Source: Candidatus Marinacidobacterium sp.
GTDB taxonomy: Bacteria > Acidobacteriota > Vicinamibacteria > Marinacidobacterales > Marinacidobacteraceae
Reading direction: 5' to 3'
Length of the DNA: 64,000 bases
Assembly: GCA_965262645.1 (NCBI GenBank)
Contig: CBDHFO010000017.1
Span: 1,016,582-1,080,581, forward strand
In this document: positions 1 to 8,987 of the stretch, piece after piece
How the letters are laid out: every line of letters starts with the position of its first letter
Numbering within the stretch: the stretch's first letter is position 1
The notes under the pieces: model-generated
The model's input: the letters and a program-made list of their open reading frames with translations, nothing else
What the model was told of the DNA's origin: nothing
Database searches by the model: none
Program-made: the position numbers and the translations under genes

Positions 1-642
<642 letters not shown>

Positions 643-896
643 TCGGGTTATCCGGAGCTAACGGGCACGCATCCGCCAGTGGTGAAACTCTGAAGACGCC
701 CACTCGCGGCGCAAAGCGCCGCGGGGGGAGGGGTGCGGGGAGGGGGTTTCCCCTTCCCCGCGAAAGACGGTGGATGGATTCGCTCTGCGAATCCATCCAC
801 CAACCCGTGGGGAAAGTGTCCCGCCCGTACCCGATCCGCCACCTTCGTGGCGCGGGACATCACACGGGTCGGGCGGGGCGCTTTCACCACGGGCTG
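643..896 (-). other. 254-nt structured intercistronic spacer between nuoL and nuoM
   Basis: No credible ORF. Four stem-loops readable by eye: 706-722, 737-759, 769-801 (perfect 14-bp stem) and 818-858. Confidence 0.5.
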
Positions 897-2921
897 CTAG
901 CTCCAAAGGGTTAGGGCCCCGGCGAGCAGGACCACGGCGAACAACATGAGAAGGGCGTAGTTCTGGAAGAGCCCGGTCTGGAGCCGCCGGAACCGCGTGG
1001 ACGCGGCTCCCAGAATCTCGCCAACCAGGTTGACCGCACGGTCCACGAGGTTCTGATCACTCAGGTCGGAAAGATCACCGGCGAGCCGCGTCACCGACGC
1101 AGCCCCGTTGACGGCGCCATCCACAACCTTCTGGTCGAAGCGGTAGAGGCCCTCGCCGCCGCGCAGTGTTGTGTTCACCGCGGTCGCATCGTAGGCCTCG
1201 TCCACGTAGTACTTGTTGAGCAGCGTCCGGTAGACGCGGCTGCCGGCGAGCGAGGCGTCCCGGGTCGGCCCCTTCCAGTAGCGCCGGTAGGCAAACCAGA
1301 TGCCGCCGGCGGCGAGCGCGACCGAAATCGCCATGAAGGCGTACTCCACGGCGTATGAAGCGTGATGCGCCGCGGCCGGCGCGTGGCCGCCGGCGTAGAT
1401 GGCGGGCTCGAGGAAGTGTTCGATGCGGTTCGCGCCTGCGAGAGCCGCGGGGACCCCGACGAAACCGGCGAGCACCGAACCACCCGCGAGGATGACGAGC
1501 GGGACCGTCATCGAGGGCGCCGACTCGTGGAGGTGCTTCTCCATCGCCGCGCCGCCGCGGAAGTCACCCCAGAAGGTCATGATGACCTGCCGGGTCATGT
1601 AGAAGGCGGTCATCGCAGCCGCCGCCGCGGCGAGCACCCACAACGCGGAGTGGCCACCGTCGATGGTCTTCCAGAGGATTTCGTCCTTGCTGAAGAACCC
1701 GGCGAGCGGCGGAATGCCGGCGATCGCCACGGTGGCGATCATGAAGGTGTACGCGGTCCTGGGCATGTGGCGCACGAGGCCGCCCATGTTCCGCATGTCC
1801 TGCATCTCGGTGTAATGGCGCTTCCCGCCGGAGGCGTGTTCGGCGTGCTCCATGGCGTGGATCACGCTGCCGGACCCGAGGAAGAGGCACGCCTTGAAGA
1901 AGGCGTGGGTCATCAGATGGAAGATCGCCGCGGCAAAGGCTCCCACGCCGGCGCCCAGAAACATGTAGCCGAGCTGGGAGACGGTGGAGTAGGCGAGTAC
2001 CTTCTTGATGTCGTTCTGGAAAAGTGCGATGGAAGCCGCGAAGACGGCGGTTACGGCCCCCACCGTGGCCACCAGCGCCATCGCCGCCGGGGCGTGCGAG
2101 AACAGCACGCCGCTGCGGGCCACCATGTAGACCCCGGCGGTCACCATGGTCGCCGCGTGGATCAGGGCGGAAACCGGGGTCGGCCCCTCCATCGCATCGG
2201 GCAGCCACACATAGAGCGGGATCTGCGCCGACTTGCCGGCGGCGCCGACGAAGAGCAGCATCCCGATCGCGGTGAGCACCCCGCCCTGCATGTCGGAAGC
2301 GCCGATCTCGCCCATGACCCCGTAGAAATCCAGGGTCCCGAAGGTGACGAAGGTGAGCATCACCGCGAGGATGAAACCGGCGTCCCCGATCCGGTTCACG
2401 ATGAACGCCTTCTTCCCCGCCGCCGCCGCCGCCGGCCGCTCGAACCAGAACCCGATCAGCAGGTAGGAGCAGAGTCCGACCCCCTCCCAACCGATGAACA
2501 TGATCAGCATGTTCGCCCCGAGAACCAGGTTCAGCATGAAGAACGTGAACAGGTTCAGGTAGGCGAAGAACCGGCTGAAACCGCCGTCGTGGCTCATATA
2601 GCCGAGCGAGTAGATGTGGATCAGCAGGCCAATGCCGGTGACCACCAGAATCATCAGCATCGAGAGCGAGTCGAGGCGGTAGGCCCAGTCCACCCCCATG
2701 CTCGGAATCCAGGAGAACAGGGACTGCTCAACCTTGGCGGACGCCCCGCCCTCGGCGAGGAACACCGTGAAGAAGAAGCCCAGCGCGATCAGGAACGAGG
2801 CTGCGACCGAACCGCAGGCGAGCGCGCCGCTCAGCCGCTGGCCGAGGCGTTTCCCGAAGAGTCCGTTAATTGCCGCACCCAACCCGGGAATTACCGGGAT
2901 GAGCCAGAGCAGGGAGTTCAA
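897..2921 (-). CDS. nuoL: NADH-quinone oxidoreductase subunit L
   Basis: 674-aa ORF, many TM segments. Conserved antiporter-like motif YVWLPDAMEGPTPVSALIHAATMVTAGVYM and N-terminus MNSLLWLIPVIPGLGAAINGLFGKRLG typical of NuoL/ND5. Confidence 0.95.
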   Translation of the reverse strand: MNSLLWLIPVIPGLGAAINGLFGKRLGQRLSGALACGSVAASFLIALGFFFTVFLAEGGASAKVEQSLFSWIPSMGVDWAYRLDSLSMLMILVVTGIGLLIHIYSLGYMSHDGGFSRFFAYLNLFTFFMLNLVLGANMLIMFIGWEGVGLCSYLLIGFWFERPAAAAAGKKAFIVNRIGDAGFILAVMLTFVTFGTLDFYGVMGEIGASDMQGGVLTAIGMLLFVGAAGKSAQIPLYVWLPDAMEGPTPVSALIHAATMVTAGVYMVARSGVLFSHAPAAMALVATVGAVTAVFAASIALFQNDIKKVLAYSTVSQLGYMFLGAGVGAFAAAIFHLMTHAFFKACLFLGSGSVIHAMEHAEHASGGKRHYTEMQDMRNMGGLVRHMPRTAYTFMIATVAIAGIPPLAGFFSKDEILWKTIDGGHSALWVLAAAAAAMTAFYMTRQVIMTFWGDFRGGAAMEKHLHESAPSMTVPLVILAGGSVLAGFVGVPAALAGANRIEHFLEPAIYAGGHAPAAAHHASYAVEYAFMAISVALAAGGIWFAYRRYWKGPTRDASLAGSRVYRTLLNKYYVDEAYDATAVNTTLRGGEGLYRFDQKVVDGAVNGAASVTRLAGDLSDLSDQNLVDRAVNLVGEILGAASTRFRRLQTGLFQNYALLMLFAVVLLAGALTLWS

Positions 2922-3049
2922 AACGGCTTACTGAGCACTCCTGAAGTACGAGAACGGAGGGCGCGCGGAAGGTACCGGATCGGCGGCTTTAGGTCAACGC
3001 GTGCGTCCATTCCGAGGGGCCGTGATGGTGTTGCTACCCTTGCCGGACC

Positions 3050-4222
3050 GTGCGTCTAACTCACCTAACGCTCCACAACTGGCGGAACTTCAGGCAGGCT
3101 GACTTCGACCTCCGCGACCGGATGCTTGTGGTCGGAGCGAACGCTTCCGGCAAGTCCAATCTTCTGGACGCCCTGCGGTTCCTCCGACAGATCGCCTCAC
3201 CGGGAGGTGGCTTTCAGCGGGCTGTGGAGAGTCGAGGCGGGTTGGCGCGAGTGCGCTGCCTGGCTGCCAGGAATCACAACCGTGGACGTGTCACGATGGG
3301 CATCACTATCGGGGATGACGAACAGCCGCACCAGTGGCGTTACGAAGTCACCTTTACGCGGGAGCCCCGCGGACAGCATCGCCCTGTCGTCTCACACGAG
3401 CGGGTCCTGAAGGGCGATCTAGCGGTGCTTGAGAGACCGACGGCAGACGACGAACGGGATCCGGAACGCCTCACCCAGACCCATTTGGAACAGGTCAACG
3501 CCAACCGGCAGTTCAGAGAGATTGCCGAGTTCCTTCGATCCGTCGCGTACTTGCACTTGGTTCCGCAACTCATCCGGAACCCCGAACGGGCAGATAATGG
3601 TCGTGATGAGGCCTACGGCAGCGATTTCCTATTGCGGATCGCGCTTACACCCGAGAAGACCAGGAACCGCCGCCTCCAACGCATCAGTGCTGCCCTTCGC
3701 GCTGCTGTCCCCCAACTCGATCAACTTGAACTGGTACAGGACGCGGTGGGTGACTGGCATTTGGAAGCACGATACGAGCACTGGCGTCCCCGGCCTGCGC
3801 GTCAGAACGAACAGGACTTTTCCGACGGGACGCTACGGCTGATCGGTCTGCTGTGGTCGCTGGTAGAAGGACCGAAAAGGAAAGGGAAGCGCGGGCCTCT
3901 CTTGCTCGAAGAGCCCGAACTCTCCCTTCATGCTTCGGTAGTCCGCGAACTCCCGACCATCCTTAGCAGGGCTCGGAGCGCCGGGGGGCCGCAGGTTGTG
4001 CTGACTACTCACTCGACCGAGATGCTGAGAGACCCCGGACTCGGCAAGGATGAGGTCGTCCTGCTTACTCCAGGGGCGGAGGGCACAGTGGCCACAACTC
4101 TCGCCTCGCTTCCCGATGTTCAGGCCCTGTTGGATGCGGACCTGAGCCTCGCGGAAATCCTTGCGCCGAAGACCGCACCTACGGAGGTTCACAGACTTCC
4201 TTTCAGACTGACCGGCACATGA
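3050..4222 (+). CDS. ABC/SMC-type AAA ATPase (AAA_15/AAA_21-like), candidate defence ATPase
   Basis: 390 aa. Walker A GANASGKSN, signature-like FSDGTLR, Walker B-like PLLLEEPELSLH, H-loop VLTTHS. Stop overlaps the next start (ATGA 4219-4222). Confidence 0.8.
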   Translation: MRLTHLTLHNWRNFRQADFDLRDRMLVVGANASGKSNLLDALRFLRQIASPGGGFQRAVESRGGLARVRCLAARNHNRGRVTMGITIGDDEQPHQWRYEVTFTREPRGQHRPVVSHERVLKGDLAVLERPTADDERDPERLTQTHLEQVNANRQFREIAEFLRSVAYLHLVPQLIRNPERADNGRDEAYGSDFLLRIALTPEKTRNRRLQRISAALRAAVPQLDQLELVQDAVGDWHLEARYEHWRPRPARQNEQDFSDGTLRLIGLLWSLVEGPKRKGKRGPLLLEEPELSLHASVVRELPTILSRARSAGGPQVVLTTHSTEMLRDPGLGKDEVVLLTPGAEGTVATTLASLPDVQALLDADLSLAEILAPKTAPTEVHRLPFRLTGT

Positions 4223-4724
4223 CCTTCGTTCGGCTCGCGTTGGAAGGAGAAACCGACGTGCCAATCGCAGGGCGGATCTTGAGACTCGCTGGCTGTGAAC
4301 CGTTCGAGCCGATTGTTGCCCACAGCAAGACAAGACTCGATCCCATGATCCCGGGCTTGAATCGCGCCGCCGCGGGAATGAACTGGTTGGTTCTCCGCGA
4401 CTTCGATCAGGATGCCCCGTGTCCAGCGGCGCTGATCCATCGCCTTCTAGATGGAAGGAGCTTGTCAGCGCGCTTCAGCCTCAGGATCGCAGTACGAAGC
4501 GCAGAAAGCTGGTTGCTCGCAGACATCGACGCCTTTACAACCGAGTTCGCTGTACGACGCCCCGTCCGCACAGCGGACGCCGGGTAGGCCCTGAATACAG
4601 GAACCGCATTGTCACCTTCGCTGAAACCCTTTGGGATCCGGCACGCGCGGCCGCACGTTCGCCCAGTCTCCGGCGAGCCCTCGCCACCGTGACACGTCTC
4701 CGATCCGAAGGTTGTTGGTCTTGA
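4219..4724 (+). CDS. Small TOPRIM-like partner protein (DUF4276-like by eye), with an apparent frame break near 4575-4590
   Basis: Frame 1 ORF 4219..4587 contains RLALEGETD, LVLRDFDQD and SAESWLLAD. A protein-like C-terminus (PEYRNRIVTFAETLWDPARAAARSPSLRRALATVTRL) continues in another frame to the stop at 4724. Confidence 0.55.
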
Positions 4725-4767
4725 GCTGACGGCTCAAGCTCAGCGTCCGAACCAAACGGGGGCTCGC

Positions 4768-5559
4768 TCAAGTCACGCTCTTGATGTGGCCGCCGTCCAC
4801 CGCCAGCACGGTTCCGGTGATGTAGCTGGCCCGCTCGGAGGCGAGGAATGCCGCCGCCGCCGCGAACTCTTCGGGTTCCCCGACCCGCCCCAGCGGAATG
4901 TCCGCCGACCACTCGGCGTAGACCTCGTCGACCGAACAACCACGCGCCTCCGCGAGGTGGTCCGCCAGTTCGACGAGCCGCGCGGTTCGCGTATATCCCG
5001 GACAAAGCACGTTGGCGAGCACCCCGTGGGGCGCGGCCTCGTTCGCGAGCGACTTCATGAAACCGGCGATCCCCGACCGCGCGGTGTTGGACAGGATGAT
5101 GTCCGGCACGGGCTGCTTCACCGAGACGGAGGCGATGGCGAGGATTCGCCCCCAGCGGCGCGAGATCATCCCGGGGAGGGCCGCGCGCACCAGGTTCACG
5201 CAGGAGAGCAGGTTCTGTGCGAGCGCATCGCGCCACTGCTCGGGAGTCGTGTCGCGAAGGCGGGTCGGGGGCGGGCCGCCGGCGTTCGTGACCAGGATGT
5301 CCACTTTCCCGAAGCGATCCTCGGCTGCGCGGACGAATCCGAAGGCGGCATCCGGATTCCCGACATCCACCTGATGCGCAAGAACCTCCACCCCGTGGCG
5401 GTCGCGGATCTCCGCGGCGGTCTGCTCGAGCGCGTCCCGTCCCCTCGCCCCGATCGCGACCCGAACTCCCTCAGCAGCCAGCGCCTCGGCAACCGCGCGG
5501 CCAAGCCCCTGACTTCCCGCGGCGACGACGGCGGCCCGCCCGGCGATGCCGAGATCCAT
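4768..5559 (-). CDS. SDR family oxidoreductase (3-oxoacyl-ACP reductase-like)
   Basis: 263 aa. Glycine-rich NAD(P)-binding N-terminus AAGSQGLGRAVAEAL, NAGG motif, C-terminal ASYITGTVLAVDGG typical of classical SDRs. Confidence 0.9.
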   Translation of the reverse strand: MDLGIAGRAAVVAAGSQGLGRAVAEALAAEGVRVAIGARGRDALEQTAAEIRDRHGVEVLAHQVDVGNPDAAFGFVRAAEDRFGKVDILVTNAGGPPPTRLRDTTPEQWRDALAQNLLSCVNLVRAALPGMISRRWGRILAIASVSVKQPVPDIILSNTARSGIAGFMKSLANEAAPHGVLANVLCPGYTRTARLVELADHLAEARGCSVDEVYAEWSADIPLGRVGEPEEFAAAAAFLASERASYITGTVLAVDGGHIKSVT

Positions 5560-5591
5560 CGGGAGCGCGTTCCGAGGCCGCTAGGCGACGT

Positions 5592-5927
5592 TCAGGAGGA
5601 GTACTGCCGTTCCTTGCAGGGGACGCAGACGCGCGTCCAGGGCACCGCCTCCAGCCGGACGCGCGGGATCTCCTCCTCGCAGTCGGAACAGATGCCGAAT
5701 TCGCCGGCCGCGATGCGGGCGAGCGCCTTTTCGATCGCGCGGAGCAGCTTCGCGTCGTTTTGCTGAAGCTGGATCGCGATCTCGTCGTCGCTGGCCACCA
5801 TGGACCGATCGCCGTCATCTCCGTGCGGCGGGGTCCGGGAGAAGACGCGGGTGTGGACGAGTTTTTCGATGGCGGCTTTCTTGGTGAGAAGGTTCGCTTC
5901 GTGCAGTTGCAGTTCTTCGGGTGTCAT
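5592..5927 (-). CDS. dksA: DksA/TraR family C4-type zinc-finger protein
   Basis: 111 aa. Coiled-coil N-half, then CSDC-x17-CVPC zinc finger with RLEAVPWTRVCVPC. Confidence 0.85.
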   Translation of the reverse strand: MTPEELQLHEANLLTKKAAIEKLVHTRVFSRTPPHGDDGDRSMVASDDEIAIQLQQNDAKLLRAIEKALARIAAGEFGICSDCEEEIPRVRLEAVPWTRVCVPCKERQYSS

Positions 5928-5986
5928 TTTCGGAGTCTGCCTACTGGTTCATTCCGCGGGCGGCAAGGGAGAATTGGCCAAGTATA

Positions 5987-6538
5987 TCAACCGTTATGAG
6001 GTTTTCCGGGAGGGCGATGGGCAGTGTCTCCGGCGAGCAGTTGGAGGGCATGGGGGATCGTGGGGGCGAGGGTCCGGAGGCCGCTCTTGACAGCTCGGGG
6101 GCTCCCTGGCAGCACGATCACCAGGGTGGCGCCGATGCTCCCCGCAAGGCTCCGGGAAAGCACGGCCATCGGCGTATCCCGAAGACCCTCGGACCGCAGC
6201 AGTTCGCCGTAACCCGGAAGTTCCCGATCGAGTAGAGGCGCAATCGCTTCGGGCGTGCGGTCCCGAGGACCGAGGCCGGTTCCGCCGGTAGTCAGTACCA
6301 GCTGGATGCCCGACGCCGCCCACGCCTTGACTCGCTCCCGGATGGCTTCCACGTCGTCGGGTACGATCGCCGAGTCGGCAATACGGAACCCGAGTTCCCG
6401 GAGGATCCCGCAGGCGATGGTCCCGGAGCGATCCGGCACCACTCCCGCGGCGCAACCGTCGCTCGCCGTCAGAACCGCGGCGGTCCTCGCATTCCGGGTG
6501 TCCTGTTCGCTCGGCGGCGGTGATTCGGCGGGAATCAT
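5987..6538 (-). CDS. Molybdenum cofactor biosynthesis protein MoaB/MogA family
   Basis: 183 aa. LVLTTGGTGLGPRDRTPEA and VIVLPGSPRAV motifs of the MoCF_biosynth domain. Confidence 0.85.
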   Translation of the reverse strand: MIPAESPPPSEQDTRNARTAAVLTASDGCAAGVVPDRSGTIACGILRELGFRIADSAIVPDDVEAIRERVKAWAASGIQLVLTTGGTGLGPRDRTPEAIAPLLDRELPGYGELLRSEGLRDTPMAVLSRSLAGSIGATLVIVLPGSPRAVKSGLRTLAPTIPHALQLLAGDTAHRPPGKPHNG

Positions 6539-6623
6539 TCGGAATCGGGGCTGGCAGCCCGTTCCACCACGGCGGAGGCGGCCCGGGGCCGGCTTGGGCT
6601 TTGCGTCAGAATAGCCATTCCCG

Positions 6624-7571
6624 ATGTACGTAGCCCCCTCCCGCAGAGTTCTCCGGAGCTGGCGGGGGATTGTGGCGGCAGCAACGCTGGCGCTGGCCCT
6701 CAGCGGACTGACGGCGCTGGCCGGCCCTCTCCTCCAGCAGGCCTACCAGTTCCGGGTGACGGTGGACCTGATCTCGCTCAACGTCACGGTCACCGACGGC
6801 CGTGAGCGGTTCATCACCGATTTGATCGAGGAAGATTTTTCGGTCTACGAGGACGGCATCCTCCAGGAAGTCCAGGCCTTCTCGCGAGAGGACCTGCCAA
6901 TCCGCATGGTGCTGCTGCTCGACACCTCGGCCAGCATGGTGGACAAGATGCACTTCGCCCAGGAGGCGGCGGTCCGGTTCACCAGGACCCTGCGCATCGA
7001 GGACGTGGCGCAGGTGATCGAGTTCGGGAGCAACGCCAACGTCTTGCAGAACTTCACCAACAGCCATGGAGATCTCGAACAGGCCATCCGGATGACCCAG
7101 GCGGGCGGGACGACAAAACTGCACAACGCGATGTACATCTCGCTGCGCTCGCTCGAGCGCCAGCGTATGGAAGCCCACCGGCAAGCCATCATCCTGCTGT
7201 CCGACGGCCGGGACACCAGCTCGCTCGTCACCTTCGAACAGGTACTCGACCTGACCAAGGACACCGACGTCGTCATCTACTCCATCTCGCTGCAGAACAC
7301 CGCGCGCCGGCGGGGACGGCGCTTCTCCGAGGCCGAGCACGTCCTCAAGAACCTGGCCGAAGAAACCGGTGGCCAATGGTTTTTTCCCGCCGAGCTGGCG
7401 GAATTGGAGTCGGTATACGACCGGATCGCCGAGGAACTGAAGAGCCAGTACAACGTCGGCTACATCTCCAACAATCCGCGGCAGGACGGCGCCTGGCGGC
7501 GCATCGTGGTGCAGACGAACCGCCCGGATCTCCGGGTACGGACCAAACTCGGCTATTACGCGCCGGGCTAG
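6624..7571 (+). CDS. VWA domain-containing protein with N-terminal signal/anchor
   Basis: 315 aa. Hydrophobic N-terminus, MIDAS-like LLLDTSASM, later ILLSDGRDTSS. Confidence 0.85.
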   Translation: MYVAPSRRVLRSWRGIVAAATLALALSGLTALAGPLLQQAYQFRVTVDLISLNVTVTDGRERFITDLIEEDFSVYEDGILQEVQAFSREDLPIRMVLLLDTSASMVDKMHFAQEAAVRFTRTLRIEDVAQVIEFGSNANVLQNFTNSHGDLEQAIRMTQAGGTTKLHNAMYISLRSLERQRMEAHRQAIILLSDGRDTSSLVTFEQVLDLTKDTDVVIYSISLQNTARRRGRRFSEAEHVLKNLAEETGGQWFFPAELAELESVYDRIAEELKSQYNVGYISNNPRQDGAWRRIVVQTNRPDLRVRTKLGYYAPG

Positions 7572-7579
7572 CTGCACGG

Positions 7580-8722
7580 GTGCACGTGGAGGTAGAGGGG
7601 GGACTGCGTCCCGCCGCCTGCCGCAGTTCCCGCACGGCGGGCCGCCGCTGGCCGGAAGCGTCCGCATCGTTTCGGACGGCGTATCAGCGGGACCGGGACC
7701 GGATCATCCATTCGAGCGCCTTCCGCCGGCTTCAGTACAAGACGCAGGTCTTCATCAACCACGAAGGCGACCACTACCGGACCCGGCTCACCCATACCCT
7801 CGAGGTCGCGCAGATCGCGCGGACGATCGCGCGGGCGCTCCGCCTCAACGAAGACCTCACCGAAGCAATAGCGCTCGCGCACGACCTCGGGCACACCCCC
7901 TTCGGCCACGCGGGGGAAGAGGTTCTCGACGGCCTGATGCGGAATCACGGAGGGTTCGAGCACAACATCCAGTCCTTCCGCATCGTGGACGAACTCGAAC
8001 GCGCCTATCCGGGCTTTCCGGGCCTCAACCTGACGCGCGAATCGCGGCACGGGATCTTCGCCCATTCGAGCCGGACCGGATTCGTTCCGGATGACCTTCG
8101 GGACCTGGGGCCGCCGCCCCTCGAGGCGCAGATTGCGGACGTCGCCGACGAGATCGCTTACAGCGCGCACGATATGGAAGACGGCCTGGCCTCGGGCCTG
8201 ATCGGAGTTTCCGACCTGGAGGAGGCAGCGCTGTTCCGGCGACACTGGCCGGGGTCTTTGGGAGACGGACAAGACTACGGGCGAGTGAACGTCCGTACCC
8301 TGCTGCGCGGAGTCATCGGAGACCTCGTGGTCGCGCTCATCGACGAAACCGAACGCCGGATCCGGGAATCCGGAATCGAGAAACCCGCCGGAATCGAGAA
8401 ACCCGAAACCAGCGGCGCGGGAGCGCCCGAGCCCGTGTCACCCGTTGTCGAGCTTCCGGGACGCCAGGACACCGAACTGCGGGAACTCAAGACGGTCCTC
8501 CACGAACGGCTGTACCGCCATCCGCGCGTCGCGGCAACTACCGAGGCCGAGACGCGGCGGCTGCCTGGTCTCTTTCGCTACTACCTGGAAACGCCGGGGG
8601 ACCTGCCGGCCCACTTCCAGGCGCGGATCGGGCCATCGTCCCGCGAACGGGTGGTCTGCGACTACATCGCGGGCATGACGGACCGCTTCGCGACCTGGGA
8701 CCACCAGCGGCGCTACAAATAG
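7580..8722 (+). CDS. dgt: dGTPase-like HD-domain triphosphohydrolase
   Basis: FRTAYQRDRDRIIHSSAFRRLQYKTQVF, HTLEVAQIAR, LAHDLGHTPFGHAGE. The track ORF starts at 7376 inside the VWA gene. The first in-frame GTG after the VWA stop is 7580 (7586 also possible), so the start is uncertain. Confidence 0.85.
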   Translation: MHVEVEGGLRPAACRSSRTAGRRWPEASASFRTAYQRDRDRIIHSSAFRRLQYKTQVFINHEGDHYRTRLTHTLEVAQIARTIARALRLNEDLTEAIALAHDLGHTPFGHAGEEVLDGLMRNHGGFEHNIQSFRIVDELERAYPGFPGLNLTRESRHGIFAHSSRTGFVPDDLRDLGPPPLEAQIADVADEIAYSAHDMEDGLASGLIGVSDLEEAALFRRHWPGSLGDGQDYGRVNVRTLLRGVIGDLVVALIDETERRIRESGIEKPAGIEKPETSGAGAPEPVSPVVELPGRQDTELRELKTVLHERLYRHPRVAATTEAETRRLPGLFRYYLETPGDLPAHFQARIGPSSRERVVCDYIAGMTDRFATWDHQRRYK

Positions 8723-8864
8723 CCCGCCCAACCAGCCCCGACCAGCCGGCCCCCACCAGCCAGCCCCACCAACCAGCCCCGACCAGCCAGCCCCCACCAG
8801 CGAGCCCCGACCAGCCAGCCCCGATCAGCCAGCCCCACCAACCAGCCCCGACCCGCCGGCCCCT
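8723..8864. repeat. Imperfect low-complexity repeat built from CCAGCCCC(G/A)ACCAG-type units
   Basis: The string AACCAGCCCCGACCAGCC recurs at 8730 and 8771; the third copy at 8840 is imperfect (AACCAGCCCCGACCCGCC). The whole 140 bp between the dgt stop and the next gene consists of CCAGCC/CCACC/CCGACC permutations. Confidence 0.7.
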
Positions 8865-8987
8865 ACGAGAGGCGGTGGACCAGGGACTACCGGATCTCCG
8901 GCCGGCAGTACGTTGCTAGCGCCAAGCCGACGACGTGCGAACGCTGCTCCCCCGGCCGACGCGGTCACGGCGTCCACCTCCCCAACC

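Noticed and set aside
2922-3049. Absence of nuoJ/nuoK upstream of nuoL as evidence that the ATPase pair disrupted the nuo operon.
   Set aside because: Split nuo clusters starting at nuoL are common in several phyla. There is no remnant of nuoK in the 128-bp gap, so disruption is unsupported.
7580-8722. The dGTPase as an anti-phage dNTP-depletion defence gene.
   Set aside because: The sequence looks like the ordinary Dgt-type HD hydrolase and sits in a housekeeping run (MoaB, VWA). Nothing in the sequence distinguishes it as a defence variant. A phylogeny would be needed.
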